Positions 61,697 through 64,000 of a stretch of DNA of 64,000 nt are shown piece after piece; within the stretch, counting starts at the first letter, position 1; every line of letters starts with the position of its first letter. The notes beneath the pieces are model-generated. The model had not been told where the DNA came from, did not search any database, and saw only the letters and a list, made by a program, of their open reading frames with translations. Position numbers and translations under genes: made by a program. Location of the stretch: NCBI GenBank assembly GCA_030704615.1, contig CM060734.1:5642001-5706000 (forward strand), in the 5' to 3' direction. This DNA comes from Takakia lepidozioides. Its lineage: Eukaryota; Plantae; Bryophyta.

Positions 61697-64000
61697 GGGG
61701 GCTGCTATTTCATGAGCGGCATGAGCATGAGCGGCATGAGCATGAGCGGGAAAAAAAAAAGCATGAGCAGACCATTGTGAGTCCACGGAAATAGGGTTAG
61801 GAGGCACGGAAATAGGGTCATGTGAAGTTGGAATGTGGCACCAGTGGACTTGAAATGCAACATTTTATTGCAAATTTTGTGGCAAGCCACGTCTATACAA
61901 GTGTGTTCTAACTGTCATAGCCGGAATGGGCACTACTCTCCTACACCCTCCGAGGAACTTGCCCATCCACCTTCTTCCTCATCCCCCTCATCCCCCTCAT
62001 CCTCCGAGCTCTGTGATGCATCAGTTCCACTATGCCTCTCAAAAATCCCGTCCTCTCCTTGGGGGACTGTCCACCTCACCTCCTGGGAATCTTGCGTCTT
62101 CTCCCCCACTTTCCTCAGCAGAATCCAACACAAATCTACGAGCCCGACGGGCTCTAATAGCTGCTGCCTCCTCCCTCATCTTCATTTTCTTGAGGCTTGC
62201 CTCGTCTAAAATCTGCTGTACACGACTACGTTCGGAACACCTCCTAATGGACACCGAAGCAAGCCGGGCAGCATAAGTAGGAAGGACGTACTCCCTTTCT
62301 GGACTAGGCATGAAATCCCCCCTGGCAAAAAAAGGCACGTTCCTCCTGCCCATGAACTCCGGTGTAGACGTCCCTCCGGCAGTACTTGGCATCCTACAGT
62401 AAGAACAAATCCACTTGAAGAATGTCAATACCAGCACAACCAGAAAGGGTTTTCAATGAAATAAGAGAGCGGAGGGAGGTGCCTCACAAAATCTGGAGGC
62501 AACTTACAATGCCACCACTCACTCGTAAACCGGGGGGCTCCTCGGCCTCGATCCCAACTTCCTCCCCCTGCTCCTTCTCGGATTTTTCCTCATCCTCCGA
62601 GGATGCCTCTTCCTCTTTCGGCAGACGTTCAGCCGCTGCAAGTTCCGAGTTGTGGAGGGCAGTATCTGGCTCGAAGGCGAACACATGCCTGTCGGACAAC
62701 GTCCCTGCCCACATTGAAGCACCTGAGGAACAAAGCGGGCGGTTAATAGCTTGCGGCATGCAATTGCAATGGGGCCAGGGGACAAACTGAGCACGTGAAG
62801 GCTTACCCGTGCCGCATGTGAGGTCCAGAATCCGCCCTTGGACATCCGAGCACGTCTCCATGAGGGTTTGGATGAAAGCAGGGCTCCGGGTCCGGCTGTA
62901 CCGCCACGGTTTGCCTGTCTTTGTGTCCTTCGGCATACTAGAGTGGGCACATAGTTGTAGAGGACATCGTAGGTTACAGGGTCCACAGCGGCATCAACAA
63001 GACGACCGTCGTTGCGGAATTTGAACGTAGACCCTCTCTTCACAAAGCAATATGCCTCAAACACCAATGTCTGCACATCCAACAAAGAAGGGATCAATTC
63101 CAGGGTCTACTTAACATACACCACAATATGAAGTGAATGCAATAGATTGATAACTTACACTTTGGCCCTCTGTTCGCAACCCCTGCGTACTGATGCAGAA
63201 CCATTTTCTGAGGAGGACCGGGGTGACACTTTTCGGTGTCCACCTTGCCACCGCATTCTCTGTGGTCTTCCCTCTCGTGGCAAGGACAACCACACATCCA
63301 CTGTCATCCAGAAGCATCCCCGCCAGCCCAAACCCGGCTTTCCAGTAGTCCTCAGTAAACCTTTTCCAGGTGGGCACACCATCCAGGCCCTCCAGCAGCT
63401 CCCCATCTGGAATGTCGAGGAGAATCATGTCGCAAGCTCTCCACCTCAACCCCCCCCTCGAGTGCTCTTGCAATTCGTGCTCACAGCTGTGAAGAATTCC
63501 ATCATGGCTTCAAAACCAGGGGTGTCTTTAGGCTCTGTACCGGCAGCCCTCTTCTTGGCTTTCCCCTTCTGCTCCGCCAGAGACTTGTTGTGTGCCACCT
63601 TCTTCGCCCTGGCAGCGAGAGCGTCAAGGAAGCTCTCATTGATGCATTGGATGATGGTTGGAGGTTCTAGCTTTGGCCTGTGCGTAAACGTCACCGCCGA
63701 ATACCGCCGTGTAGGCTCGCCCTCAAATGCCAACTTCTTGGCAGAGCCAGTCCCACTCCGAACTGACTTGGGAACCCGGACGACCGGTGACTGGATAGGA
63801 GCAACAGCAGTCGCAGGACCTTGAACAAAATCGGCGTCGGAGTCACTCTCTTGGGTCCCCTCCTGCGCCTCCTCTGATGCCCCGATGGTTTTCTTCTTTT
63901 TGGGTGTTACTGCAGTCACCTGTTTCCTTGTCCTTTTCCTTTGACCTTTACTCTTCTCATGCAATTTCTCCTGAATTCCTGCCTGAGCAAGCTCTGCCGC
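61697..64000. mobile_element. MULE-like element copy 3 (continues beyond the window)
   Basis: TIR GGGGGCTGCTATTTCATGAGCGGCATGAGC at 61697. The first ~150 bp are the reverse complement of 46410-46558. The interior is closely similar to 44160-45490. Confidence 0.9.
61933..64000 (-). pseudogene. Methyltransferase half of the cargo gene (copy 3) with acidic C-terminal extension
   Basis: CDMILLDIPDGELLEGLDGVPTW...AGMLLDDSGCVVVL; KPWRYSRTRSPAFIQTLMETCSDVQGRILDLTCGT|GASMWAGTLSDRHVFAFEPD. A few frameshifts, mostly in homopolymers. Confidence 0.8.

Overview
Eukaryotic, TE-dense plant DNA, most likely a non-seed land plant (inferred from a PLS-type PPR fragment, a chromovirus and the TE spectrum). The only clearly intact host gene is an intronless AT-hook/PPC (AHL) gene at 8330-9151. 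The main result is a family of Mutator-like (MULE) DNA transposons, present in three copies. They have short TIRs (G(A/G)GG..CTATTTCATGAGC) and an 8-bp TSD is visible for one copy. They encode a GCM/WRKY-like zinc finger + MULE DDE + SWIM transposase and, on the opposite strand, a large spliced cargo gene joining a ParB/sulfiredoxin-like domain to a prokaryote-type beta-class (N6A/N4C) DNA methyltransferase domain with a non-canonical DIPD catalytic loop. The oldest copy (about 24.1-51.6 kb) can be rebuilt by removing a nested family member (40239-46558, TSD CCTCCAAT) and a 13-kb tandem array of ~3-kb units sitting in one intron. A third copy (61697 to window end) interrupts a chromovirus. Copies 1 and 2 carry copy-specific arrays of palindromic repeats. 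Also present: a Pack-type TIR element with captured kinesin-7 and PPR fragments, several MITEs, Gypsy integrase and LINE remnants, a trihelix/Myb pseudogene and an FCP1-like phosphatase fragment. Many frameshifts look like long-read indel errors, so some pseudogene calls may be artefacts. All domain calls are by motif recognition, not database search.
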